Assembly (NCBI RefSeq): GCF_028641065.1
Contig: NC_073389.1
Location: 23,498,001-23,562,000, forward strand
Direction: 5' to 3'
Source: Leucoraja erinacea
Taxonomy: Eukaryota
Length of the DNA stretch: 64,000 bases
This document shows positions 63,551 through 64,000 of the stretch, one piece after another. A program made the position numbers and the translations under genes. Under the pieces are notes generated by a model. The model searched no databases. It had not been told where the DNA came from and saw only the letters and a list, made by a program, of their open reading frames with translations. The first letter of the stretch is position 1. Each line of letters begins with the position of its first letter.

Positions 63551-63783
63551 AAAAGCCGAGTCTGAACAAAGGTCTCAACCCGAAGCATCACCTATTCCTT
63601 TACTGCAGAGATGCTGCCTGACCCGCTGAGTTACTCCAGCATTTTGTATCTACCTTGATATGACAGTAATCAGTGAGCAGTTGTGCCTCCTGAATTCCTA
63701 CTGGTAAGTAGAGCAGACTAGAAATTTGTAGCATGTAACCAACTTAACAAAGGTTTATTGTACTTTCTGTTTAATACTTTCAG

Positions 63784-64000
63784 ATGTCTGGAAGCTTTTT
63801 GCCTCTACCTAAATGTCGGTAAAGTCGAAGAATCTTACGTCAGTATTACCCGAAAGAAACACTTGAAAAAAAGTGGCTCTTCTGAAGAAATTGAAAAAGA
63901 AGTAGGTCAGGCTGAAGGCAAAATGTTCACCCACCGTGCTGCTTTTAACCGGACATCAGTGATTCAGGCCTTCATAGGCTCCGCGCCTCAACTTACTCTT
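63784..64000 (+). CDS. XK: XK exon 2 (truncated by window end)
   Basis: TTTCAG|A, phase 2. Encodes [72 protein letters not shown]. Not in the ORF track. Confidence 0.94.

Overview
Repeat-rich vertebrate genomic DNA. The HE1/V-SINE-type SINEs, CR1 LINEs and Penelope derivatives point to a cartilaginous fish, possibly a skate or ray (inference). Four spliced genes were reconstructed by hand, all with GT-AG introns in matching phase: the 5' part of RIOX2/MINA (minus strand, continues off the left edge), complete TIPRL (minus, 7 coding exons, 282 aa), complete GABRR3 GABA-A rho3 subunit (minus, 9 coding exons, 465 aa) and the first two exons of XK (plus, continues off the right edge, divergent from GABRR3). 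Most other ORFs in the track are repeat-derived or spurious. The strongest signal is a family of short Penelope-terminal-repeat elements, more than 20 copies by eye, carrying a minimal hammerhead-ribozyme motif (CUGAAGA-stem II-GAAACGUC). Many occur as fold-back palindromes, several have their own 12-17 bp target-site duplications, and an intact motif lies just 3' of a GIY-YIG endonuclease remnant. Also found: unusual pore-helix substitutions in rho3 (GITIILTM instead of GITTVLTM), TIPRL placed between RIOX2 and GABRR3, a Helitron and a TIR element upstream of XK, young L1 and Tx1 insertions with perfect TSDs, and nested hAT elements at the TIPRL promoter. Repeat boundaries without a stated TSD are approximate. 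Homology calls come from recalled protein and repeat consensus sequences, not from database searches.
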